The notes under the pieces: generated by a model
What the model saw: the letters and a program-made list of their open reading frames with translations, nothing else
Database searches by the model: none
What the model was told of the DNA's origin: nothing
Origin: Pseudomonadota bacterium
GTDB lineage: Bacteria > Pseudomonadota > Gammaproteobacteria > Xanthomonadales > SZUA-38
Length of the DNA: 58,122 nt
Assembly (NCBI GenBank): GCA_039188505.1
Contig: JBCCZC010000001.1
Span: 1-58,122, forward strand
Reading direction: 5' to 3'
In this document: positions 28,923-38,951 of the stretch, in pieces
Layout of the letters: each line of letters starts with the position of its first letter
Position numbering within the stretch: position 1 is the first letter of the stretch
Made by a program: the position numbers and the translations under genes

Positions 28923-31900
28923 ATGTTTCGAGGGGTGCATCCGAGCGCGCGGGGCCGCCAGGCGGCGGCGCGCTGGTGCACGATGATCCTGTTCCTCGGC
29001 CTGCTTGCCATCCCGGCCGCGTCGACGGCCGACCTCCGGTTTCAGCGCATCGGCGTTGCCGAAGGCCTGTCGCAGGCCACGATCCTGTGCATCCACGAGG
29101 GCGTCGACGGCTTTCTCTGGTTCTGCACCCAAGAAGGACTGAACCGCTTCGACGGCCATCGCTTTCGGGTCTTTCGGCGTAGCGAAACCACGGGTCTGGG
29201 CGACAGCTACATCGACGATGTCGCTCCCGCCCGGGGCGGCGGGCTCTGGGTGGGCACGGGCTACCGTGGGCTCTATCACTTCGATCCCACGACAGAACGC
29301 TTCGAGCCGGTTCCCCTGTTCGATGGCCCGCAGACCTACCGGGTGCAGGACCTCCACGTGGCGCCGGACGGCGTCCTGTGGGTGGCGACGGAGTCCGTCG
29401 GCCTGTGGCGCTACGACCCCGAAGCGCGAGCTGCGCAGCAATTCCTCGCCGAGGCAGACGTGCTCACGCTGCTGGCCGACCCCACGGGCACGCTCTGGAT
29501 CGGCACCTTCGACCGCGGACTCTGGCGACTGCCACCGGCCGCCACGGAGCCGGTCCTCGTCGCACCCGAACCGACGACCGTCAATGCCCTACTGCTGGCT
29601 CCGGACGAGACGATCTGGGCGGGCAGCGCGACGGGGGTCGAGAGCTACGATCCGGCCACGGCGGCGCCCCTGCCGTTAACGACACCAATCGTCGAGGGGG
29701 TGAGCGATCTGTTTCTCGACAGCCGCACGCGCCTCTGGGTCGCGACGGATTCCGGCCTCTACCTGCGCGATGAACCCGGTGGGGAGTGGGCCTTTCATAC
29801 GCACCGTTCCGATGACCCCTACAGCCTGAGTGAATCGGCCGTGGGGCCGGTGATCGAGGACCGTCAGGGCAATATCTGGATCGGGTCGTGGCTCGCCGGC
29901 GCCAACCTGCTCCGCGCCCAGGCCGGGCCGTTGAGCCTGCTCGATCCCGAAGATACGGACGGGGCAGCGCCGAACGATGCCGCAACGGGCGTCGTGGAGG
30001 ATCTCGACGGCCGTATCTGGGGCGCCTTCTATCGGGGCGTCGGCCTCGCCTGGTGGGATGAGCAGGCGCGACGCTGGGTGCCCGTGCCCACCGGTGGTGG
30101 CGGCGCCGCCCGGGTACTCGCGCTGGACCCTCAGACCGGGCGTATCTTCAGCGCGACGAACGGCGGCGGCCTCGCCTACGTCGAACGTGGCGCGACGACC
30201 GCAACGGCGCTCCCGGAGCAGCCGCTGCTGGACCGGTCGCCGGAATCGCTGCATGTCCATGAGGGACGCATCTACGCCGCGATGGTCAACGAGGGGCTCG
30301 TCGTTCTCGACGCCGCTTCGGGCGCCCTGCTCGATACGATCGACCGCAGCGACGGGCTCCCGGGTGACTATGTGCAAACGACCCGTTTCATCGACGGCCA
30401 CCAGTGGATCGGCACGACCCAGGGGCTCGCCTGGCTGGATCCGGGCAGCGGTGAGATCCAGACCCTGACCGCCGATTCGTCCGGGCTCAGCCACAACGCG
30501 ATTACGGCGCTTCATCCGGGGGCCGACGGCACGCTCTGGGTTGGGACCCAGGGAGGCGGCCTCAACCGGCTGACACCGAGCGCCGGTGGCTGGGACATCG
30601 CCGTCATCGATACCTCGAGCGGCCTGGAGTCCGACTCGATCGGCGGCATCGAGGCGGACGGCGAGGGCAACCTCTGGGTGAGTACCTCTCTCGGCGTCAC
30701 GCGGCTGACGCCGGCCGGCGCGCTGCGCAGCTTCGGGCCCGGCGACGGGTTGCCCGTGGGGGGGTTCTTCATCGGCAGCCACGACCGCGGGCCCTCCGGG
30801 CACCTCTACTTCGGCGGCTCGGGCGTGCTGCGCGTCGATCCTCGGGCCTACCGGTTACCCCCCGAGCCACCCGAGGTCGTCGTCACGGATCTACGGATCC
30901 GCAACCAGCCCATCGAGGTGTCGCCCGACGGGCGCTTCGAGCGCACGATCGCCAGGGCCGACCGCGTCGAACTGCTGCCGGACGATGTCCTGGTCACCTT
31001 TGCCTTTGCCGCGCTCCGGCCGGATTTCGCGACCGACCTGCGGTACCGCTACCGGATTCCGTCCCTCGACCCGCAGTGGATCCTGACCGGCCCCCGCGGC
31101 AGCGAAGCGACCTTCTCGAACCTGCCCTACGGCGAGCGCCAGCTCGAAGTCGCGGCCAGCTTTGACGGCGTCCGCTGGGGGCCTGTTCATCGCCTCGAGC
31201 TGCTGGTGCGATCGCCCTGGTGGCGCCGGCCCGGAGCGCTGGCCTTCTTCGCCGCCCTGCTCGCGCTGAGTCTGGCTGTCCCGATCCGTTTGCAGCTCCA
31301 GAAGCGCCGGGAGCGACGGCGCCACCAGGCAGCGATCGCCCACAGCGAACAGCGACTGCGCAGCGCGCTCTGGGGTTCAGCGGACGAGCTCTGGTACTTC
31401 GACGCCGAACGGGACGTCACCCAGCTCACCTACTTCGATCCCGAGCGGCAGGCGTTCGTCGATCGCGAATCTGCAGGTCCGACCGACAGCGCGGGCGCGG
31501 TCCACCCGGACGACGTCGAAGGCGCCCTCCAGGCGCTACAGGACCACATCGAGGGGCGCACCGACACCGTCGAGACCGTTTTCCGGGGGCGCACCGCGAC
31601 CGGAGAGTGGCACTGGTACCAGGTGCGCGGCACCGCCGTCGAGCGCGGCCCCGACGGTCGCCCCGTGCTGGTCGCGGGAACCCGTCGGGACATCGACCGC
31701 CGCATGACGGCGATGCTGGCGCTCGAGGAACTCAACCTGAAGCTCGAGGAGAAGGTCGCGGCGCGCACGGTGGAGCTCGAGCGGGCGCGCGACGTACTCG
31801 TGCAGCAGGAGAAGATGGCGGCGCTCGGCGCCCTGGTCGCCGGCGTCGCGCACGAACTCAATACGCCGATCGGCAACGCGCTCACGCTGGGATCGCACCT

Positions 31901-32525
31901 CCGGGACCGGCTGGCCGCCGACGACAGCCCCACCCGCCTGGGACCGACCGTCCGCGACGGGCTGGACCTCATCATCCGCGACATGCAGCGCGCGGCCGGT
32001 CTGATCCAGAGCTTCAAGCGGATCGCCATCCGCCAGTCATCGCCGCGGATCCGTACATTCCCGCTGCTGGATTACCTGGAGACCCTGCTCGAATCGCTTC
32101 AACCGATCCACCACGGCCGCTGCCGATTGCAGATCGACTGTCCGGAGGAACTGCGGCTGCGCGCTGATCCGGCGGTGCTCGACCAGATCGTCCAGAACCT
32201 CGTTGCGAATTCCGTCACGCACGGCTTCGACCGGGTCGACGATCCGTGCATCAGGATCAACGTCCGAGCGGGCAAGAGCAGGCTGATCCTGGACTTCGAG
32301 GACAACGGACCCGGCATCGATCCCGAAATCCGCGAACGGATCTTCGAGCCCTTCGTCACCACCGCTCGGGCCGAGGGGGCGACAGGCCTTGGCATGCATA
32401 TCGTGTTCAACCTCGTCACGCAGGCCCTCGGCGGCTCGATCGAACTCCGGGAGCCCGACGGCGGCGGTGCGGGATTCCGGCTACGCCTGCCGCTGGCCCT
32501 GGTCGCCGCGCCAGCGGAGTCCTAG
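28923..32525 (+). CDS. beta-propeller (Reg_prop/Y_Y_Y) sensor histidine kinase
   Basis: The periplasmic part has many two-component-regulator propeller repeats (GLW.GT..GL). These are followed by TM helices, a PAS-like segment, the H-box AHELNTPIG, N box NLVANSVTHG, G1 DNGPGI and G2 GATGLGM. There is no receiver domain. An alternative start is ATG 28983. Confidence 0.9.
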   Translation: MFRGVHPSARGRQAAARWCTMILFLGLLAIPAASTADLRFQRIGVAEGLSQATILCIHEGVDGFLWFCTQEGLNRFDGHRFRVFRRSETTGLGDSYIDDVAPARGGGLWVGTGYRGLYHFDPTTERFEPVPLFDGPQTYRVQDLHVAPDGVLWVATESVGLWRYDPEARAAQQFLAEADVLTLLADPTGTLWIGTFDRGLWRLPPAATEPVLVAPEPTTVNALLLAPDETIWAGSATGVESYDPATAAPLPLTTPIVEGVSDLFLDSRTRLWVATDSGLYLRDEPGGEWAFHTHRSDDPYSLSESAVGPVIEDRQGNIWIGSWLAGANLLRAQAGPLSLLDPEDTDGAAPNDAATGVVEDLDGRIWGAFYRGVGLAWWDEQARRWVPVPTGGGGAARVLALDPQTGRIFSATNGGGLAYVERGATTATALPEQPLLDRSPESLHVHEGRIYAAMVNEGLVVLDAASGALLDTIDRSDGLPGDYVQTTRFIDGHQWIGTTQGLAWLDPGSGEIQTLTADSSGLSHNAITALHPGADGTLWVGTQGGGLNRLTPSAGGWDIAVIDTSSGLESDSIGGIEADGEGNLWVSTSLGVTRLTPAGALRSFGPGDGLPVGGFFIGSHDRGPSGHLYFGGSGVLRVDPRAYRLPPEPPEVVVTDLRIRNQPIEVSPDGRFERTIARADRVELLPDDVLVTFAFAALRPDFATDLRYRYRIPSLDPQWILTGPRGSEATFSNLPYGERQLEVAASFDGVRWGPVHRLELLVRSPWWRRPGALAFFAALLALSLAVPIRLQLQKRRERRRHQAAIAHSEQRLRSALWGSADELWYFDAERDVTQLTYFDPERQAFVDRESAGPTDSAGAVHPDDVEGALQALQDHIEGRTDTVETVFRGRTATGEWHWYQVRGTAVERGPDGRPVLVAGTRRDIDRRMTAMLALEELNLKLEEKVAARTVELERARDVLVQQEKMAALGALVAGVAHELNTPIGNALTLGSHLRDRLAADDSPTRLGPTVRDGLDLIIRDMQRAAGLIQSFKRIAIRQSSPRIRTFPLLDYLETLLESLQPIHHGRCRLQIDCPEELRLRADPAVLDQIVQNLVANSVTHGFDRVDDPCIRINVRAGKSRLILDFEDNGPGIDPEIRERIFEPFVTTARAEGATGLGMHIVFNLVTQALGGSIELREPDGGGAGFRLRLPLALVAAPAES

Positions 32526-32622
32526 ATCGGTCGACGGGGTCGGCGCGGCAGATGCCCACGCGATGCTGCGCCGACCGGATCGGAGCGGTAAGCTCTGCGG
32601 CTTCAACGGCAGGTAGGTACCC

Positions 32623-33768
32623 TTGAGCCAGCAGCAGGACAACGCGCCGAGCGGTTCGAAGCGCCTCGTTTTCGGGCTTCTCGGCCTGGGCTTCTCCCTT
32701 CTTCTCTTCGAGGTCCTGGCCTCGGTGGTGCTGCTCCACGTCTATCGTGGCGAAGCCGATGCGGCGGCACCGTTTGACGCCGAACCGACCCCGTTCGCGT
32801 CGATCAACCTGCCGGCATGGGTGCTGCGGGGACTGCGCGATCCGGCGCCGGCTGCGGACGCAACGGCGCCCGAGTTCCGCGCCGAGATCGAGCCAGACCC
32901 GATGGTCGTCGAGCACCCGGTACTCGGCTGGGCGCCGCAGCCGGGCCGGTATACGCACACCTTCTTCCGGCGAGAGGATCCCGCGGCACCATGGGAACAC
33001 CTCGTCACGGAGGTCACCATCGGGCCCGACGGCGCCCGGTCCTTCGGTCCGCACGACGACTCGGCGCCGAGAATCTATGTCTTCGGCGACAGTTTCGTCT
33101 TCGGCACGGGCGTCCATGACGACCAGACCTTCGCCTACCGCCTGCAGCAGGCGTTCCCGGACCACGTCGTGAAGCTCTTCGCCTTCGGGGGCTACGGCAT
33201 GGGCCACGCATGGCTCCGCTTCGGCATGCTCGAGGCCGACCTGCGGCCCGAGGACCGGATCGTCCTCGGCTATGCCGACTACTACGACGCGCGCAACGTC
33301 GCCGACCCGGCGCGGCTCCGGTCCGCCGCTCGCTTTCGGGCCACGCGCAACCCGGAGACCCAGGATATCCGCCGGACCACACCCCGGATCATCCTCGAGA
33401 ACGGCGCCCTCAGCGTTGACTACCTCGAGTTCAATTGCCGCTTCAACGCGGAGTACTGCGAGTCGCGCAGCCCTTCGCGCCGCTACAAGCGAGCGGTCTC
33501 CGCGGCGCTCATGAACGACGTCGCCGCCCGGTCCCCGGGGCCGGTCTGGGTCGTCCATTTCCAGGGTGACACAAGCAATCCGGTCCTGGGCATGCTCGAC
33601 GACGACATCACGGTGGTTTCGGCTCTGGACGGCGACTTCGACGGCTTCGTTCGCGACGACATCGAGGGCTTCGACGCACATCCCGGCCCCTACTGGCATC
33701 ACGCGATGGGCAGACGCATCGCCGGCGCGCTCCGGACTGCGGCTCCGGTCCCCCGAACGGAGCCCTAG
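32623..33768 (+). CDS. membrane-anchored SGNH/GDSL-like hydrolase (hypothetical)
   Basis: An N-terminal TM helix and a block I-like IYVFGDSFVFG. TTG start. The other SGNH blocks are not clearly seen. Confidence 0.55.
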   Translation: MSQQQDNAPSGSKRLVFGLLGLGFSLLLFEVLASVVLLHVYRGEADAAAPFDAEPTPFASINLPAWVLRGLRDPAPAADATAPEFRAEIEPDPMVVEHPVLGWAPQPGRYTHTFFRREDPAAPWEHLVTEVTIGPDGARSFGPHDDSAPRIYVFGDSFVFGTGVHDDQTFAYRLQQAFPDHVVKLFAFGGYGMGHAWLRFGMLEADLRPEDRIVLGYADYYDARNVADPARLRSAARFRATRNPETQDIRRTTPRIILENGALSVDYLEFNCRFNAEYCESRSPSRRYKRAVSAALMNDVAARSPGPVWVVHFQGDTSNPVLGMLDDDITVVSALDGDFDGFVRDDIEGFDAHPGPYWHHAMGRRIAGALRTAAPVPRTEP

Positions 33769-34298
33769 AACCGGTAGGCGAACTCCAAGCCGACCTGATC
33801 CGCGCCCGGGTTCGTGGAGTTCAGGCGGGCGTTCGAGATGTGCTGGATGCGGAGCGAAAGGCGGAAGGCATCGTCCTCTCCGAACGACGTTCCCGCGGAG
33901 ACAAAGCTCATGAACTGCACGACGCCGCCGAGATCCAGGCTGCCGAACTTGCCGGCCTCGAGCAGCGTCGGCAGGACGCCAAGATCGATGATCCAGCGTC
34001 CCAGCTTGTCGCCCTGGGCGCCGCTGAAGCGCCAGAGCGGACCACCGGACACGAAGACCCGCCCGACGCCTCCCTGGCGCAGGGTCCCGACGGCGATTTC
34101 CCAACGCATGCGCTTTTCCGGCTTGGGCGGCCAGCGGTAGAAGACCCCGTGCTGCAGCAGATTCGTACTGTCGATGTACTCGGTCAGCGACCGGACGCCC
34201 AGCTCGGCGCGGTCGTCGGCGAGGGCGGGAGCGGGGCCGGCAAGGCACAGGAAAAGCGTCCAGCTGAGCAGGGCTGGCCATCGTGAGCATGAGCGCAT
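33765..34298 (-). CDS. pagL: acyloxyacyl hydrolase / lipid A 3-O-deacylase (PagL-like) outer-membrane protein
   Basis: Signal peptide MRSCSRWPALLSWTLFLCLAGPAPALA. A small barrel with IQHISNA (catalytic His-Ser region) and terminal YRF. The start ATG 34298 was chosen inside the longer ORF. Confidence 0.75.
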   Translation of the reverse strand: MRSCSRWPALLSWTLFLCLAGPAPALADDRAELGVRSLTEYIDSTNLLQHGVFYRWPPKPEKRMRWEIAVGTLRQGGVGRVFVSGGPLWRFSGAQGDKLGRWIIDLGVLPTLLEAGKFGSLDLGGVVQFMSFVSAGTSFGEDDAFRLSLRIQHISNARLNSTNPGADQVGLEFAYRF

Positions 34299-34375
34299 GG
34301 CGCGAAGGCTAGCGGGTGGCGGCCGGATTTGGAAGATGCGGGACCCAGCGCGCCACAGCCCGGTCGAAGGCCGCG

Positions 34376-35590
34376 CTAGGCGGACGGGGCGCCCGCGCCC
34401 AACCGGGCCAGGTACCAGTCGATGAAGCGCGCCTGGAAGGTCTCCATCGTCGACAGCGGGCCGGGCCGGTAGAAGCGTGAGCGGACCCCGTCCTGGTTCG
34501 CCTCGATGATGCGCTGGTCGGCCCGGGTCGTGACATCCCAGAGCCACGTGAGCGCCGCCAGGTCGTAGTCGCGCCCGGACTCGGCGTCTGCCCGGACCAG
34601 CCAGCTCACGTCGCAGACCGTCGTGCCGATGCTCTCCGGCAGGAATCGGTAGAGGACGGCGTGATCGCAATACACCAGACCGAACAGGCAGGGTCCGAGC
34701 TGGATATCAGTGGCCACGGCCACCGGCTCGCGGAACCCGCCGAGGAGCGGCGCGAGCAGATCGCCGCTCTTGCTACCGGTCAGGTAGCCCTCGCGCAGCG
34801 GATAGCGATCGTGCTGGCACTCGCCGCCGAAGGCGCCGGCGGAAAGCCAGGCACGGTCGAAGGTCTCGGCGCTCATGCCGGCCGCCACGATACCCGCGTT
34901 TGCCTCGGCCTCGCTGACCTTCCAGCGGTGCCGCGGATCGGCGAGCGCGTGGGCGGCGGCGTACTCCGGATGCGCCGGTGCGCAGTGGTAGCACTCGCAG
35001 TAGTTCTCGAGCGCCAGCTTCCAGTTGCCCGCAATCCGGTAGGCCTGGCGGTGCGCCACGCGCGTCTGCGCCAGACCGTAGGGGGCCAGCGGTGCGCTCA
35101 TCGCCTTGCGCAGCGGGTCGAACGGTGCCGGCTCGGTAGCGAGGTTGACAAACAGCATGCCCTCGAGCCGCTCCACGGCGACCGCCTGGAGCCCGTACGC
35201 CGACGGATCGAAATCCGGCCCCATCTCCCGCGCACCGACCAGGGCGCCATCGAGGCCGTAGGTCCAGCCATGGTAGGGGCAGACCAGCCGTCGCACGTGG
35301 CCCTTCTCGGTGGCGCAGATCCGGGAGCCGCGGTGGCGACAGACGTTCACCAGAGCGTGGAAGGTGTCCTCGGCGCTGTGGACCACGATCACCGATTCGC
35401 CCGCGACCGTGACGAGCAGATAGTCACCGACCGCCGGCAGCTCGCTCTCATGCCCCGCGTACAACCAGGCGTCGAGAAAGAAGCGCTCAAGCTCGCGTCG
35501 GTGGATGATCGGATCCGTATAGAACGGCTGCCCGAGCGCGTATCCCGGGCGATGCGCCGCGATCAGCTCCTCGAGGCGTTGCTGCTCCAA
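34376..35590 (-). CDS. Rieske [2Fe-2S] aromatic ring-hydroxylating oxygenase alpha subunit
   Basis: Rieske motif CRHRGSRIC...CPYHGWTY and mononuclear iron ligands in ENYCECYHCAPAHPE. Confidence 0.9.
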   Translation of the reverse strand: MEQQRLEELIAAHRPGYALGQPFYTDPIIHRRELERFFLDAWLYAGHESELPAVGDYLLVTVAGESVIVVHSAEDTFHALVNVCRHRGSRICATEKGHVRRLVCPYHGWTYGLDGALVGAREMGPDFDPSAYGLQAVAVERLEGMLFVNLATEPAPFDPLRKAMSAPLAPYGLAQTRVAHRQAYRIAGNWKLALENYCECYHCAPAHPEYAAAHALADPRHRWKVSEAEANAGIVAAGMSAETFDRAWLSAGAFGGECQHDRYPLREGYLTGSKSGDLLAPLLGGFREPVAVATDIQLGPCLFGLVYCDHAVLYRFLPESIGTTVCDVSWLVRADAESGRDYDLAALTWLWDVTTRADQRIIEANQDGVRSRFYRPGPLSTMETFQARFIDWYLARLGAGAPSA

Positions 35591-35777
35591 GCCCGAATCC
35601 TCTGCCCGGCTGACTCGACCTGCGAATCTTAGCCTAGCGGCGCACGCCGGCCCAGCGCGGACCGGAGGCGGGCGGTCCGCCGCCGACGCCCTTGAGCGCC
35701 CCGGTCATTTGGAATACCGTCTCGCTTGTGGAGGGACCCACGCCACTATCAATCGTAAGCCAACAGGGGGATACAAA

Positions 35778-36215
35778 ATGCGATACTTCGCGATGATGCT
35801 GTGCCTGCTTGCCAGTGCCGCAGTGGCGCAAGACCTCAACGAACCGACCGGAGCAGTCAGCAAAGACGTGACTCCGGGATCGATTCCCTCGAGCACCGGG
35901 CAGGTGCTCTGCAGTGCGGCCATGAACTCCGATGGAACCGTCGGCGGCGGACTGTCGGTGGATACGGGCAGGACCCAGAGGCTCGACGTGGGAATCTACG
36001 AAGTGATCTTTCGGGGGTTCTCCTGCCGCGATATCCGCGCTTCGAGGGGCTACTACCGGTGGCTGCAGGTCGATACGCTGACGACCAGCTTCGAAGATCC
36101 CGCGATCTGCACGACCGCTGATCGTGCTGACCGGATCAATGGCGTCTACGTCGCCTGCTTCGACCTGAACGGCAACCCGGTCGACACGTCGTTCTTCCTG
36201 TTCGTCGGGAAGTAG
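35778..36215 (+). CDS. hypothetical secreted protein
   Basis: GGGGGA lies 7 nt before ATG 35778. Signal peptide MRYFAMMLCLLASAAVA. 145 aa with 6 Cys in total, 5 of them after the signal peptide. No family recognised. Confidence 0.6.
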   Translation: MRYFAMMLCLLASAAVAQDLNEPTGAVSKDVTPGSIPSSTGQVLCSAAMNSDGTVGGGLSVDTGRTQRLDVGIYEVIFRGFSCRDIRASRGYYRWLQVDTLTTSFEDPAICTTADRADRINGVYVACFDLNGNPVDTSFFLFVGK

Positions 36216-36224
36216 AGCGACGGC

Positions 36225-36254
36225 GCCCCGCGTGCCGCACCCGGCACGCGGGGC
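36225..36254. terminator. 13-bp perfect hairpin between convergent genes
   Basis: GCCCCGCGTGCCG-cacc-CGGCACGCGGGGC. It lies between the stop of 35778..36215(+) and the stop of the TBDR pseudogene (-). There is no clear U-tract. Confidence 0.55.
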
Positions 36255-36303
36255 ACTTCGGCGCTGCCGTGACGGTCAGCGGGCGGGCTGCGAAGCGCAC
36301 GCC

Positions 36304-38361
36304 TCAGAACTGCCAGGTGAACTCCACGCCGGCCAGCCGCTCCGGGCTCGGCCAGGCGATGTGCCACGGGCCGCTGCCCACGCCGCCGCGCAGATTCACG
36401 ATGTCGTAGGCCTCCTGGGTGTTGAGGCCATCGATGGTGAAGGTGGTCTTTCCCCGGCGCTCGTACTCGATGCGCGCGGACCACTCGTAGTCGTCGGCGA
36501 CCGGCCGCACCCACTGGGCCACGAGGTTCAGCGAGTCCTTCGGTGCATTCGGGAGACGGTTGCCGACGATTTCCTCGGGCGGCACGGTCAGCCCCGGCTT
36601 GGCGTCGATCGACTCGATCTCGCTGTCCGTGTAGCCGTAGGCGCCCATGAGGGTCCAGTAGTCCGAGGCGCGCCAGGCGACCTCGAGCTCGCCGCCGTAG
36701 ATCTCGCTCTCGTTCGCGTTGATCAGGACCTGTGAGCCCAGCGGGTCGAAGAGAAAGAACTGCTGGTCGTCATAATCGATGTCGAACAGCGCGGCGTTGA
36801 CCGACCACCGGGAATCCGCCGACCGGAAGCGCAGCCCCAGCTCGTAGTTCGTCAGCGTTTCGCTGTCGAAGCGGGGCTCGAACTGGACCTCTGGCGCCGC
36901 GGCCAGCGTATTGAAGCCACCCGGTCGGAAGCCGCGCGAGACGGTGCCGAAGAGATTCAGGTTCTCGCCGGCCGCCCAGGCCACCTGGACCTAGGGCTGG
37001 AACTCGCTGAAGGTTGCGGTGCCGTTCGCGACCGGATTGCTCGAGTCATTGGTCCGCTTCACCCGGTCGTAGCGCCCGGCGAGCGTGAGGCGCCAGGCCT
37101 CGGCCAGGTCGAAGTCCAGCTGCCCGTAGGCGGCGCGAGTCTCGTAATCCTCGGCGAGCACGGCCGGCGGTTGGGGAATGAAAAAGGCCGAGGGCGTGCT
37201 CCAGTCGCCGCCGTTGGCGAAGCCCGCGACGTTGAGAAAGGTGGCGAGCGAGCGGTCCCGCTCCTGGTCGCTCCAGTAGACGCCCGCGATCCAGCCGAGG
37301 CCGTCGCTGTCGGCCGAGGTCAGGCGCAGCTCCTGACTGAGCTGGGTCGAGTCGTCGTTGACGATGATATTGAGGAACTCCTGGGCGGTCTGGTCCAGGT
37401 CCTGATCGTTGTTCGATTCGAGATCGTTGTAGCCCGTGATCGAGGTCAGCGAGAAGCCGTCGAAGGCCGCGTCGAGCTTGATCGTGTACTCGTCGAAGAC
37501 GACGTCCGAGACGCCGTAGAGGTTCGACTGGATCCAGAACGTCGTGTTGTTCAACGGGAACGGGAAGGTGTCGCCGGGCAGGCGGTTCTCTTCGGTGTCG
37601 GCGGAGCCCGGCATGAAATAGCCGGAGCCGCCCTCCTGGTCCGAGTGCTGCTAGCGCAGGTCGAGCGCAACGCGATCGTTCACGTCGTAGAGGGCACGCA
37701 CCCGCAGACCCAGCGACTCCTTGTAATCCACGTCGCGATCGATCGTCGCGTTGTAGAGCTGCCCGTCCCGGTCCTGGTAGTAGCCGGCCACACGCATCCG
37801 CAGCCGACCGTCGAGGAAGGGCAGCGTCGCCGCGGCCTCGGCCGACAGGTCATCGCCCTGAGCGGCACGTATCCGGGTGAACGCCTCGAATTCCTCACCC
37901 GGCGCCACCGTGGTGATGTTGATCGCCCCGGCGACGGCGTTGCGCCCGTGCAGCGCGCCCTGGGGCCCGCGGAGCACCTCGATCTGCGCCACGTCGAAGA
38001 GATCCTGCGTGGTCACCAGCGAGGTATTCACGGACACGCCGTCGGCGATGTAGGCAACGGGCGTCTCGCCGATGCCTCGGTTCTGCGTGACCCCGCGGAT
38101 CGTGACGGTGCCGACCCCGACCTCCTGGGTGTCCGAGAAGCGCAGATTCGGCGTGAGTGCGGCGACGTCGTTGAGGCGCTGGATCCGCGCCCGCTCGATG
38201 GTGCCGCGGTCGAAGACGGTGATGGCGTCAGCGACATCGTAGAGATTCACGTCGCGCCGCAGCGCGGTCACCACAACCTCCTCGATCGAAGCATCCTGGC
38301 TCCAGGCGAGAAACGGCAACAGCAGGGCCAGCGCGGCCACGGTCGCGATCGTACGAAGCAT
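36304..38361 (-). pseudogene. TonB-dependent receptor interrupted by two in-frame TAG codons
   Basis: ORFs 37651..38361, 36991..37614 and 36304..36984 share one frame. Joined, they give 686 codons with a signal peptide, a plug (IEVLRGPQGALHGRNAVAGAINI), a barrel and a terminal TWQF. The TAGs are at 37651-37653 and 36991-36993. Confidence 0.85.
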
Positions 38362-38385
38362 TGCGTCTCCTCGGTTCGGTGGGCG

Positions 38386-38775
38386 TCAGGGCTCGAGCAG
38401 TGCTCGCAGGATGTCCCGGCGGCTGATGATGCCGACGAGCTCGTTGTTCGACGTCACCGGGTAGCGCCGGTACGGCTGCTGCTGGAATTGCTGCGCCAGG
38501 GAAATGATGTCGAGGCTTGCATCGACTGTCTGCACACCGGTACTCATGAAGCGGCTGACCGGCCCCCGCGTGGACCCGTAGTAGCCCGCTTCGAGCACGA
38601 GCCCCACGCAGTCGCGCTCGCTCAGGACGCCGACCAGCTCGCCGTGATCGTCGATCACGGGCGCGCCGGAAATTCGATTGGTCACGAGCGCGTGGACGGC
38701 GTCCAGCACGGGCATGTCAGAGGTGAACACGACCGGGTTTGGCGTCATGTAATCGCGAACGGTGATCTTGTGCAT
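38386..38775 (-). CDS. CBS domain pair protein
   Basis: MHKITVRDYMTPNPVVF...ISGAPVIDDHGELVGVLSERD and a second CBS repeat. ATG 38775 was chosen because the longer ORF would overlap nqrM. Confidence 0.8.
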   Translation of the reverse strand: MHKITVRDYMTPNPVVFTSDMPVLDAVHALVTNRISGAPVIDDHGELVGVLSERDCVGLVLEAGYYGSTRGPVSRFMSTGVQTVDASLDIISLAQQFQQQPYRRYPVTSNNELVGIISRRDILRALLEP

Positions 38776-38780
38776 GCGGG

Positions 38781-38951
38781 TCAGTTCTCCTCCGCGGCCT
38801 GCTTCCGCGGGCATTCGCGCTTGCAGGCGCCGCAGCTGCTGCCGAGGCCGCCGCAGCTTCCCTTGATGGGCTCCCGCCCCAGCAGCACGCCGATCGCGAG
38901 CCCGAGGAACGAGAGCAGTACGACGGCGAAGGCCACGAGATAGAGCGTCAT
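38781..38951 (-). CDS. nqrM: (Na+)-NQR maturation protein NqrM
   Basis: A 56-aa ORF absent from the ORF track (under 60 aa): [56 protein letters not shown]. It has one TM helix plus the family Cys cluster. Its ATG overlaps the apbE stop (ATGA). Confidence 0.8.
   Translation of the reverse strand: MTLYLVAFAVVLLSFLGLAIGVLLGREPIKGSCGGLGSSCGACKRECPRKQAAEEN

Noticed and set aside
33765-33768. Overlapping or abutting convergent stop codons: CTAG at 33765-33768 and TGATCA at 23511-23516.
   Set aside because: These are real but trivial consequences of tight gene packing. There is no evidence of function.
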